A program made the translations under genes and the position numbers. Below the pieces are notes generated by a model. The model saw nothing but the letters and a program-made list of their open reading frames with translations, did not search any database and was not told the DNA's origin. A stretch of 63,691 nt of DNA, counting the filler, from Octopus bimaculoides (taxonomy: Eukaryota): the NCBI RefSeq assembly GCF_001194135.2. It is 5 parts of 5 records of this genome, joined end to end, with 100 filler letters (N's around TTAATTAATTAA, not from the genome) between each part and the next. Parts side by side here need not be neighbours in the genome. Positions count along the whole stretch, not along the records: positions 40,481 to 56,327 come from NC_068987.1; positions 56,428 to 63,691 come from NC_068992.1; 3 more parts are not named here. One strand, written 5' to 3'. Positions 52,222-63,691 of the stretch are shown here, piece after piece. Each line of letters begins with the position of its first letter. Position 1 is the stretch's first letter.

Positions 52222-53679
52222 NNNNNNNNNNNNNNNNNNNNNNNNNNNNNNNNNNNNNNNNNNNNNNNNNNNNNNNNNNNNNNNNNNNNNNNNNNNNNNN
52301 NNNNNNNNNNNNNNNNNNNNNNNNNNNNNNNNNNNNNNNNNNNNNNNNNNNNNNNNNNNNNNNNNNNNNNNNNNNNNNNNNNNNNNNNNNNNNNNNNNNN
52401 NNNNNNNNNNNNNNNNNNNNNNNNNNNNNTGTGTGTGTGTGTGTGTGTGTGTGTATTTTTCAATGTGTTCAAATAACACAGAAAAAATAAATAGTTACCT
52501 GAGTAGCAAAAATTCACTTAAGTTCCAAGGATATTGCAGCCTACATATAAAGGTAGAATTTCTAATGTTTCGTGAAATGTTTTAATGTAATTTGGATAAA
52601 TTAAGAAATGGAGTGAAACGCAGGTGTTATTCATTTCATTTATACTTTCAGCATATGTTTAGAAGAAAGCATTGAGATTATTGCGGAGGGAATAAAATTG
52701 ATGTAAAACAATACAACCATCTCGTCAGTGGAAACACATCAATAATGGCAAACACATCAATAAGCCATTTTAGCCGAATGTGATTACCGCGTATATGATG
52801 AAGGGGAATGCTGGCAAGTTGTTTTTTTTAACTTAATAGATTTAACGTCAAAGGCAATTTAGAGAAAGAAAAGGAGGAAAAAAAAAGAAATTAACAGAAA
52901 ATTAAGAGTGGAAAAATATAGTGTGATAGATGAATGGGAATAAAGCTTAAACGCTTGGAAATCGTCTCTATTTTGAAGGAGAATACGCGACGTTACGCGA
53001 GACTAGGCGATAATTCAAAATAAATGCAAAGATCAAGGAAGAAGATACTAAAGAATTTCTCAGCTGCTGCCTTCCTTGCATTGGTCCAGGTTGTTTCAAG
53101 GATTTGCATTCTGCACTGTATCCCTTAATTATCTTATGCACCAAATTTCACGCACACCCCTATTTATAAAGATAAAAATTTAAAGCATGAGTTTGTCTGA
53201 TATTTGAATATGTACAGATTTTCATTTCTGGAGTTTATCAGGTTTCCTAATAGCTTATTATCTCCCCTCCTCCCTAGCTGTTGCGTGTGACCCTTCTGTC
53301 CAGCATTCGCCATGATAAATCGATAGCCACTACTCATTCTTTTTTTTCTCCTTGTTTCTTTCTGTGTTTCTTTCTGTTGACGATTTCTAGCATTCCCAAG
53401 TGGATCCCTTGAAGAATTGTGGGAGTTTTTTTTTCCACATGAAACCTGTTGCCTTGTTTATTCATAAATCATGAATATTTGTTCAACAATTGCAACGTTG
53501 AAAACACTCTCACTTTCGATACCATCGTACGCATGCAGTCATACGCGCAAATACACACACACTTACTCACAAACACATACATACATACACACACAACACA
53601 CGCACACACACATACACATATATACACACACATATATATATCATGGCGCAGTATTTTAAAGTAAAATTGCCCATTAAGG

Positions 53680-53723
53680 GTGACATGTCAGTTATTACAG
53701 TATTGTAATAACTGGCATGTTAC
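53680..53723 (+). other. 20-bp hairpin with 4-nt loop
   Basis: GTGACATGTCAGTTATTACA-gtat-TGTAATAACTGGCATGTTAC; 18 Watson-Crick pairs + 2 G-U. Confidence 0.85.
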
Positions 53724-55544
53724 GTTGTCACATTTACTATGTAAATGAATGGAAACCGGATGCTATCTCCCTGTCGAACCTTTGAGCGGCTTAGTTGTCG
53801 ATATACAGCAAAGCCAATTTATTCTTTCATTCTTCCAAATGCAATGATATATATGCGTGTGTGTGTGTGTATGTGTGTGTGTGTGCGTGTAATTCATTCG
53901 TGATTTTCCATTATATGTGTAGAAAATTGATTTATAAGTGTCAATCATATATGTACGTGTATGTATGTATATATGTATGTATGAATATATATATATATAT
54001 ATATATATATANNNNNNNNNNNNNNNNNNNNNNNNNNNNNNNNNNNNNNNNNNNNNNNNNNNNNNNNNNNNNNNNNNNNNNNNNNNNNNNNNNNNNNNNN
54101 NNNNNNNNNNNNNNNNNNNNNNNNNNNNNNNNNNNNNNNNNNNNNNNNNNNNNNNNNNNNNNNNNNNCTTCAAATATATATATGGACTCAAACAGACACA
54201 TACACTGACACAAAAACAAACACATAGAAGCACACACACACATACATACATATATTTGAAGCCATTTGCGTCTTTCCTGATCACGTTGTTTTAGCTCTCT
54301 TCTTAATTTGTTAAAACTAACTTCTCGCTATTAATGACTTGCTTTAGGTTATGAAATATAATTCGAAACTTATATTTTAAAGTATTTAAATGGAAAAATA
54401 AAGGTGAGAAATTATTGATTAGCTACACATTCATCTGAGATGATTATTAATTCCAAACCATGATTCAAGATTTAACAATATTTGTTCGTGTCTGTTACAG
54501 TAGGCGTCACAGATTATTTTTGAGTCGAAATTATAACGTAAACAGAATTCGTGAAATACACATGAAAATTATTATCGTTACAGAAACAAGTTTCGGGAAG
54601 AATTTTTCCTAATTATCGTCATCGTTATCAGCGTTTTCACTATCATCACCCACCACAACCACTCCACCAACAAAACTGACGCCACCACCGTCATCATCAT
54701 CATCATCGTCGTCGTCGTCGTCGTCATCATCATCATCATCATCATCTTCATCATCATCATCAACAACAACAATATCATTATGAAGGCCGTCGTGGTGGCC
54801 GTCGTCAGATGGAGGAACTATTTGAAATCATACAAGTTGAACCTTCGTAATTTGTAAGTGTTTAATCAAGCATTTCGCCTGGTTTATTCAAAATTTTATT
54901 TAACAAGTATTTTGCTTACATTGTCTGGATCGTGGTGGGAACATTTCGTGAAATTGCACCCCACTTTTAGTGGCGTAATAATTGTTTTGTAATCTTTGCA
55001 TGCTTTGTGAAAATAGGATTATGTTCATTTTGCCAATTTAAAAAAAATGTCGGATTTCGAAAAAAATAATAGTAATCGACGAAGAGCAACGCAGCTGAAA
55101 GTGAAATAAATTTGCCGCCAAAGAGAAATATAATTTTCCTCTTGTTGCTATAACAACAGTAATAACTGCAAAAGTACCAGCAGCAACAATAATGACAACG
55201 ACGACTATAGCAGCAGCAGCAAAAATGTGATCAGCAGCATCACGACGACGACGACCACCACCACCGCAAACAACAGAAACAGCAACAATAATAGCAACTG
55301 TATTAACGACAACAACGCAACAAGATGCAGAAGATCGCAAACAAAAAAATAACATGAACAACAAGATTGAAAACAGCAGCAACAGTGATAACTGTGTCGT
55401 AAAAAAAGAACAATAACAACGACAACTACACCACCACCAAGATCAACTGCAACAACAGCAATAATATCAAAATTAACCTTAACAAAGCTACTTGCTTTTC
55501 TAATGCCGATAACAATTGGACTATTTTTTCAGAGGTTGACTTAA

Positions 55545-55960
55545 AAAATAAAGCACGTTGAGTAAAATGCTTAGCGGCATTTCATCCGTCCTTAGTTTCT
55601 GAATTCAAATTCCGCTGAGGTTGACTTTGCCTTTTCACCATTTCGGGATCAATAAGTTATGTAGCAGTAAAACACTGGAGTCGATGTACTCGGCTAGTCC
55701 CCTCCCCGCAAATGTCAGGCCTATAGTAGAATGGATTATTAAAGACGGACAGCTGGCAGAATCGTTAGCACGCCGGGCTTAATGCTTAGCGGTATTTTGT
55801 CTGTCCTTAGATTCTGAATTCAAATTCAGCCGAGGTCAACCTTGCCTTTCATCCTTTGAAGTGACGATAAATTAAGTACCAGTGGAATAGTGAGGTCGAT
55901 GTAATCGACTAGTCACCTCCCCGAAAGTTTCAGCACTTAAACCTTTAGTAACAATAATTA
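55545..55960 (+). mobile_element. Two tandem family-B SINEs (55545-55740, 55741-55960)
   Basis: Both are colinear with 35399-35620. Confidence 0.8.
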
Positions 55961-56031
55961 TTGTTGTTGTTGTTATTATCATTATCATCATCATTATTAT
56001 TATTATTACTATTATTATTATTATTATTATT

Positions 56032-56327
56032 GTTCAGTAGTTTTATTTTTATAACGTGCTTTCACTTCACTACCGAGCGCAGCTCTGTGCGCCTTGGGTA
56101 AGTGCTGTTGTTTGCTGTGATGCTCTTATGGTTACTGTATTGAAAGTGTTTTGCGTAGGATGTGTGCTGTGCCCAGTAGTGCAATTTTCTGTATGTTATA
56201 TATATTTGTAAGTCCTGGTGTTTTTGTTATGTATTTGTCTGAATATTTTTTTTATTATACCTAAGGCACCGACTATAATAGGAATTGTTTCTGTTTTTAG
56301 ATTCCACATTCGAGTTACCTCTATTTC
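56032..56327 (-). mobile_element. R4/Dong (RLE) LINE 3' end
   Basis: EIEVTRMWNLKTETIPIIVGALG..IQKIALLGTAHILRKTLSIQ*; followed by (TAA)n on the minus strand. Confidence 0.88.
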
Positions 56328-56427
56328 NNNNNNNNNNNNNNNNNNNNNNNNNNNNNNNNNNNNNNNNNNNNTTAATTAATTAANNNNNNNNNNNNNNNNN
56401 NNNNNNNNNNNNNNNNNNNNNNNNNNN

Positions 56428-56731
<304 letters not shown>

Positions 56732-56739
56732 AACAACCA

Positions 56740-59385
56740 TTCCGTCCCCTAATGTCAACTTCGAAGCTCGTCATGCCTCACTGTTAATAAAGCAAAATAC
56801 AAACCGTAATGGTCATCGACCGAATTATAAAGGACCACGTACTCGAATGTTGAACCCGATTCGAGGCGAAAAATCAGCTACTGGTTCAAATCTTCCCGAC
56901 ACACAGCAGCTAGAAGTACCCCACAACTGGAATATTCCAAAAGATGGCCATCCATGCTCGTCATCAAATAACCAAAAGAAAAAGAATGAAAATGGTCTAG
57001 GGAAGATAATAAAGAAGTTCTTACGGCCTTCTACCATGTCATATATTTCCCCACAAATAAATCTAATACTGTACAAATCTACTTAAACTGGAAACCCTGA
57101 AGTAAGACCCTACATAGACGGTAACAAACTTGCCAAGTTTAGAAGAAACATTATGAAAAAAATAAAACAACTGAAGTAGAGATTGACCATATTAACAAAC
57201 AGTAAGGGATCAAAAGAACGAAGCTGCAGCTAATGAAGATACTACAGAGGAAATAATTATAGACCAGCCCAGGGATGACGAAAACGCAGTAGTGATTGAA
57301 AGAGTTAATGTAACTGATAGGCAAAGTGAAATACTCTCTGAACCAACCATAAACACTAAGGCAGATGAAAATCAAATACAAGAAGAAAATCACCCAAATA
57401 TAGACCAAATAGATCTACATGATCTAAAAAATCAAATCATGTTTGAATGGCTCAAAATTCAAGAAACCAGTACGGTTGAACGTGATACTCTCCCCAAAAC
57501 TCGCAATTCTAATCAAAACCTGAAAATAATTGATAAAATCCGCCTTGCACTTAAGGATAAAATTTTAGCTAATGATGTTGATATCACAGAGCTCAACCAC
57601 CTGTACTAAGCATCCGCAAAAATCTCAACGATTCTATGTAATGAAAAGAGTAGAAAACGACAACATTCCCACAAAAAGCCTTCTTGGCAAGAGGGTATTC
57701 AAGACCAAATTGAACTACTTGGGTCTAACATAGAATGTTTGAAAAACCATAAGTTTGACATGACTACCAAACCTACAAAAACCCGAAAATTAAAGAAAAA
57801 ATATATGAAAACCATACATGACACTGATGACACCATAGAAATCCTCAAGCAAAAGGTATGTGCTAAAGCTGTCCGCATACCAAAGTATAAAAAACGCGTT
57901 ACATTCTTCAAGGGCAACAACATGTTTAAAAATCACCCCCAAAATATTTACAAGAAGATGGGGAAAACATCATTTACAGTAAATTCTGTCCCATTAAAAG
58001 AAGTGCAGGAATTTTGGAATAAAATTTGGGCAGAGAAAAAACACAATAAAAAGGTCCCTTGGATTGATAGAGTATCTACAGACTTAGACTCCTTAGAGGA
58101 GCAAAAGTGGGAGAGGGTCAAGGTAGAAGATATAAGGTCAGCTCTCAGGAGGTCAAGCAAATGGAGGTTTCCCGGAAAGGATAAAATTTCCAACTTCTGG
58201 TGGAATGCATTCCCAGAGAGTCATGAACTGCTAACAGAACTTTACAACGATATTTTGCAACATCCTAGTATGATGCCCTCTTGGCTAGTTAATGGTTTAA
58301 CATTCTTACTGCAAAAAAATGAAGAAACAAATAAACCCAAAAAATTATAGACACATAACCTGCTTAAAAACAATGTATAAAACGCTAACATCTGTACTGA
58401 CTGAATATACCTATAGTTTTTTTAATAGAAAATAGCATATTTGTATTGAGCAGAGATATGGTAAACGTGGGTCCTACAGTTGTAAAGATCAGCTACTCAT
58501 CAATAAGATATTCTTAGAAGATTGTCACAAATGACACAAAAACTTGTCGATAGACTGGATAGAGTATAAAAAGCTTTTGGTTGTCAATCAGATAGCTGGA
58601 TTAAGAATTGTCTGTAATTGTATAAAACAGCGCCTACTCCGCGAAACTTTTTTCTGTAAGCATGAGATCATGGAGAACCACACTGATTTTGTACAGTGTC
58701 AATCGATCTCTAAATGCTGCAGATGTAAAAAGTTCATGTGGCATTTTCCAGGGTGACTCTCTATTATCACTCCTCTTTTGTCAAGCCACAATACCTCACT
58801 CCAAATTGCTCAATAATGCCCAGTACGGTTATAAAATATTTGATAAAAAATATAAATCATCTCATTTACATGGATGATTTAAAGGTCTTTGTAAACAGTG
58901 ACCAACAACTCAAAGGCTAACTAGCGGTTGTTAAACAATTCAATGATGATATCAGAATGAAATTTGATCGATAAATGTACAAAAGCTACTTTTATCAATG
59001 GAAACTGACAGAAATATCTAACGTTAACCTTGATCAGCAGAATGTCATAAATAGACTTAGAACCAGCTGAGAGCTACAAATACCTAGGGGTACTTGAAGG
59101 GGACGGAATCAAACATGCAGTGATGCGGTAAAGTTTCAGGAGAGAATGTGATCGCAAGGTGAGAGCAATATTTAAGACAGAGCTGATGCAAGAAACAGGA
59201 TCAAAGCGAACAATGCTTTTGCCATACCAGTCGTAACTTACAGTTTCAATATCATTAAGTGGTCAATTACTGAAATATGTAATCTTAGCAGAAAAATACG
59301 AAAACTGTTGACAATGCATAGAATTCACCACACAAAGGCAGATTTAGAACGACTTCATATGCAAGAAAAGAGGGAGACCGTGAAT
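56740..59385 (+). mobile_element. R4/Dong LINE, 5' region through RT and thumb, frameshifted and 3'-truncated
   Basis: WSREDNKEVL; FPGKDKISNFW; YRHITCLKTMYK; GIFQGDSLLSLLF; HLIYMDDLK; YKYLG; AIPVVTYSF; ADLERL. Confidence 0.92.
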
Positions 59386-59799
59386 GTTTGAATTGATATT
59401 CAAACATGTCAATTGAAGATTAAAATTTTATATGGACAACGTTTTTAACAACATTGCGGACATGAACGAAAGTGAAACAGGCGAATTTGGAAATAATATC
59501 TGTAGTGTTGTTCACTTCAATACAAATTACTCTTCTTCAAATACCAATAAGCGTCACATTGCCTAAAATCAGGTGAAAGAGATTCTATATTTCATAAATT
59601 TGTTTTTGTAACTTATATAATACATATGTATTTAATGTTTAATTATCAGTGCAACATCTATAAAATATTAAAAATATGAACTGATATACATTTAAACTAT
59701 TATTAGAATTCAGAGATATAAATCCCAAAGACAGCATCACTTTATTAGAATGGAATCTATGTTAATATAGGAAATCATGTACCATAATTAGTAACATTA

Positions 59800-60850
59800 C
59801 GAGGGACATTGCGAATGAATCTTCATTTCATAACTACAGCATTATTTATAGCAGTTTTTACTAATGAAAATACAATGCGCATTCCAGAAATTTTGAAACT
59901 TTTACAGGAACCTTTCATTTGAAGAAGTACAAAAATATGATCCTCTAACTTCAATGCACTTGTTATACAGCTCCAGTACATTCGTGAGGTTTGAAAGTGC
60001 CCAAGGCATTCTTCATCTTCTATGCCAGTTTGAGGAAGAATCAAAAGTTGAAAGGAGCAACTTTTGGACTAAATGGAGTGTGATGAATAGTTTGGATGCC
60101 CATCTCTGTCAGATACTTTGTTACCAGCATGGAATTGTGGACTGATGCAGTATCCTGGTGAAGGTTCCCTGGACAATTATGACGAAATTGTTTCCTGAGC
60201 TTCATCAATTAACCCACGATATACAATTTTGTACCTTCTGGCCAGGAACATGTAGATGTTGATTATGCCCTTGCTGTCGAAATGGATCATAATGAGATTC
60301 ACACTTGAAATTCTTTGCCTGGCCTCTTGTGCCGGTGATAAACATGCTCGGTTTACACTAGATTATCCGTAAGCAGTCGGAAGCATTTCATAAGTTTCTT
60401 AACTTTCTGCACAATTTTACGCAAATCTTTATTGCATAGCGAACATACACATTATCTCCACGTCCTTACGTCATCCTGCAAACTAGTCAACTGTGAAGGT
60501 TTAATCGGTAGTTCAAAGTGATCCTCCAGACGTCTCCAATCTAAAATAATAGAAATCTTGGCAGGTCAGCTTCTTAGATACAATTCTGATTTACTACAAT
60601 TACAACAATCTAGACCAGTTATAATTGGTCTAGATGCAAAACTTCTAGACCAGTTATATCTTTCTCTTGAATGCAGCTAGTATAACAAAAGTCATAAATA
60701 GATTTCTTTAGATTCCAAACGAATATCGTGTGTCAATGTTAGGAATTGGCTCGTCTGTGATAGGCGGAACACATAGTTTGGTCTAGACGAGCTCAATTGT
60801 TTTACTTTCAATTGCAAAGGAAGTAAATCTCATGATAAAATATTTCTGAA
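59800..60850 (-). mobile_element. Degenerate mariner element
   Basis: TA-CGAGGG end at 59798-59805; minus-strand peptides APFNF*FFLKL (PDLAPxDFFLFPKL-like) and NKCIEVRGSYF; left end defined, right end uncertain. Confidence 0.7.
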
Positions 60851-62649
60851 ACCTTAATGCTCTAAGCTTTTATTAATGATAAAGTGTGCTCCAATATATT
60901 GCTGAATAACGCTATTTCCACATAATTGCTTGTAATGTGGATGTTTATTGTTTTCAGCAAAAGAATTTCTTATAGAATATATTAAATAGAAAACTGCTTT
61001 GACGTTTTCCGTAAAGAAGGCATATTTTTCTATATTATTCAATTCATCATTTCTACCAGGATGTATATAATTATTCCTTCTGTCAGTTTAATTCTTCTTC
61101 ATATTTTACAATGAAATATGCAAATAAGGTAATATAAACAATATCAAGAAAGGAAATATAAAATTGTGTGAAAGTTTACAAATATATTATTCGATAAATT
61201 GTTTGTTTCTGCATTATAAAACCAAACACTTTTGCGATATGGAAATTATTTTCAAGTCGGTAACAGAAAAGCGGCAAAATAAAGTAACACGAAAAGTAAC
61301 AATAAAAAGTGGATACAGAAAATGGAGGAAAATGATTGAATATTTACAAAGATCCAAAGATTTTAGATTGCAGAAGGGAATCCATTCTCTTCATATGAAG
61401 CATGTTTTTTTTATATTTCGCGCAATATTCTATCCATTATGAAACACACACAAAAAAAAAACATCCACTCATTCAAATTTTAAAAGTATTATTTTGAATT
61501 ATTCTTGTCCGTCTTAAATCTATATTGTGTTTGGCACAATAAATGAAACTTTATCGTTTTATTTTAATCTTTATTTTACTGTTACTTTGCGTCTAATCTT
61601 AATATTTTAACTTCAATACATACAATATTCTCAAATATATGACAAGCGTTGCTACTTTTTCCATCGCAAAAATATACTGTATTTCATGTTTAAAGACGCG
61701 AACAATCCCACTCACGAATTTATCCATATGTATGCAAACGTACAGTCAGGCATACACAGTTATTAAGAAAGTGTTTCATCTCAACGATATTGACAAACAT
61801 CTTCGATTACTGAACGTCTTATGTAGTTTTAGATATATAGTTCGTGCATACTCTAGTTTATACATACCTACATATTTCTTTTGCCCTAAGTAGAAAGAAT
61901 GAAATGATTTTTATTTTTGAAAGAATAAAGGAACGAATATATGCCAGAAAAACTGGGATACAAGAGTAAGTGATGCATGTGAAGTGGTTTAATTTAAAAA
62001 TTATATATTTTTCATGTCATATTTAATAAAAGATTCGACACTGAAAATTAATTATTGCCTAATACAATAAAACGACAGAAAAATGATCTAGGATATATAG
62101 GGTGTGCAGTTTTCAATCTGATACACATTTAGTTGAAAATATGGAAGTGTGCCTAATATGGGAACATTGTAAACAGAATGTCAATATAGAACTAATTTAA
62201 AATATATAAATTACTCTGAAAGGATCAGAGAAGCAAATGTAATAGGAAACCTATTAAATGGGAAAAAAAAAAAACAATTATACTCTGTTTGGTAAAACAT
62301 CACATAGAACTGTCGTAATACGATTACAAAATTAAGGAGAATACAATAAATACGGAGAAGATTGTTTAGAAAACTTAATACATGAAATATTTCAAGGAGA
62401 AATAATTCAACATTTTAGGAAATACGTAAATTAAATTCATGTTTGCCTATCTGAGATGGCTGATTCGGGAAAATATTAGTGTACAGACACAGTCACACGC
62501 ACAAACTCATATTCACACACATGCACATATATGTTTTGGTTGAGTCAGTCTCTTTTCTCCACTGGATTTGCATAGAGCCATCTAATAAGTTAAGTCATAA
62601 GTATCTGGATGATACTTTGGACACACAAATTTAACTCCAGGTTATCATG

Positions 62650-63060
62650 GGATATACTGAACCAAACTAAAAATGCATCTATCTCTGCAAAACACTCCAT
62701 ACTTAATATCCGACAGTCCCTATGAGTAAGTCCCATACCGATACTAGGCAATTAAAAAGTTCCAACAAGTCTCTAATCTACGCAGCCAAGACAAAACCTA
62801 TAAGGAAGGACATACATACTTATAAGAAAGTTAGAAAACAACATTACACAAAACTATAGTGGTTTCACACCCACTGTACATACGAAAGCATCATCAGTGA
62901 AGACAAGCAGTTAGCCATCGACATAAAAGATACCAGAGAAAAGATATCCCACGTATTTGGCTACTTACGTTTGGCGCCTGAGTAACGAAGTGAAACCACA
63001 CATAATGCCATGGAAGATCCTAGAAAGCAGGGCCCCTACAACAAGACCTCCCTCGATCCA
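62650..63060 (+). mobile_element. Penelope-like GIY-YIG remnant
   Basis: PTYLATYVWRLSNEVKPHIMPWKILESRAP matches the PLE S/T-x-L-S-x-Y-x-W-x-L..WKIL..AP motif. Confidence 0.65.
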
Positions 63061-63073
63061 GGGAACATCTTAA

Positions 63074-63272
63074 CCCTTTCGTTAGCAACCCGGCTGAAAC
63101 CGACTCTGTTTTCATTCGTTTTAAATTAAAATCTTCTACCAAACCTTAGTCACAATTTACGTTCCTAACACCAGCATAATGATAACTAAGTTATTTTACT
63201 AAATTCATTGTTGTATTTAAAGTAACCGAGAGAAAAACAGAGCATCTTAAAATAAATATTGTAATAAAAGGG
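63074..63272. mobile_element. piggyBac-type MITE
   Basis: TTAA TSD at 63070-73 and 63273-76; TIR CCCTTTCGTTAG / GTAATAAAAGGG; no coding capacity. Confidence 0.8.
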
Positions 63273-63523
63273 TTAAATTCCAGGACGGATATCTTCGGAC
63301 CCTGCTTACACACAAGGACATTCCCAGTTAAGTCCTGGGACTAGCAGACGATAGCGGGCCAAGGCACACTATCCATTTCACTTAACCCCACTTCTTCGTC
63401 TATGCCTTCAATAATTAACCCGGAGGTCTTTTTTCCTCCACTTTGAAGAGAGCGTACAGGCCATCGGCCATTGGCTCTCATGAGAAACGACACCCAGGAT
63501 ATCCCAATCCACCAGCCATAACT

Positions 63524-63524
63524 A

Positions 63525-63576
<52 letters not shown>

Positions 63577-63620
63577 GATCGATCTATCTATCTACCTATC
63601 TACATACCTACCTACCTATC
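63524..63620. repeat. (TATC)n/(TACC)n microsatellite
   Basis: Direct reading. Confidence 0.95.
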
Positions 63621-63659
63621 TATGTATCTCTCGGTCTCTCTCTTGCTATCTTTCTTTTT

Positions 63660-63691
<32 letters not shown>

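Noticed and set aside
54578-55460. His/Arg-rich and Thr/Asn-rich trinucleotide stretches
   Set aside because: Mixed trinucleotide low complexity with stops in all frames; no splice or homology support.

Overview
AT-rich, gap-ridden animal scaffold. It is most likely an octopus (coleoid cephalopod) draft assembly; this is inferred from the SINE families and the extreme microsatellite load and was not checked against a database. I find no confidently supported host protein-coding gene, tRNA, rRNA or CRISPR. Almost all long ORFs in the track are microsatellite or N-gap artefacts, or transposon remnants. The window looks intronic or intergenic. It is dominated by at least four tRNA-derived SINE families, a 5'-truncated L1/Tx1 LINE, three R4/Dong pieces next to (TAA)n, an RTE 3' end, four Penelope-like (PLE) remnants, four mariner transposase remnants, and mariner, hAT and piggyBac-type MITEs. 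The most notable signals are: (i) several hammerhead-ribozyme (HHR) motifs, including a near-intact minimal type I HHR downstream of a PLE GIY-YIG ORF (32287-32379, minus), an orphan HHR-like fold with an extended stem I (834-900), and a tRNA-headed SINE-like element with a PLE/HHR-type tail (19775-20102); (ii) a 21-bp minisatellite packed with heat-shock elements and STAT-like sites (50968-51344) beside a GC-richer candidate exon; (iii) a ~520-bp cryptic foldback hidden in dinucleotide-like sequence (93-614); (iv) a Tx1 3' end fused directly to a SINE tRNA head. TE coordinates are approximate to roughly 10-30 bp unless TSD/TIR positions are given.
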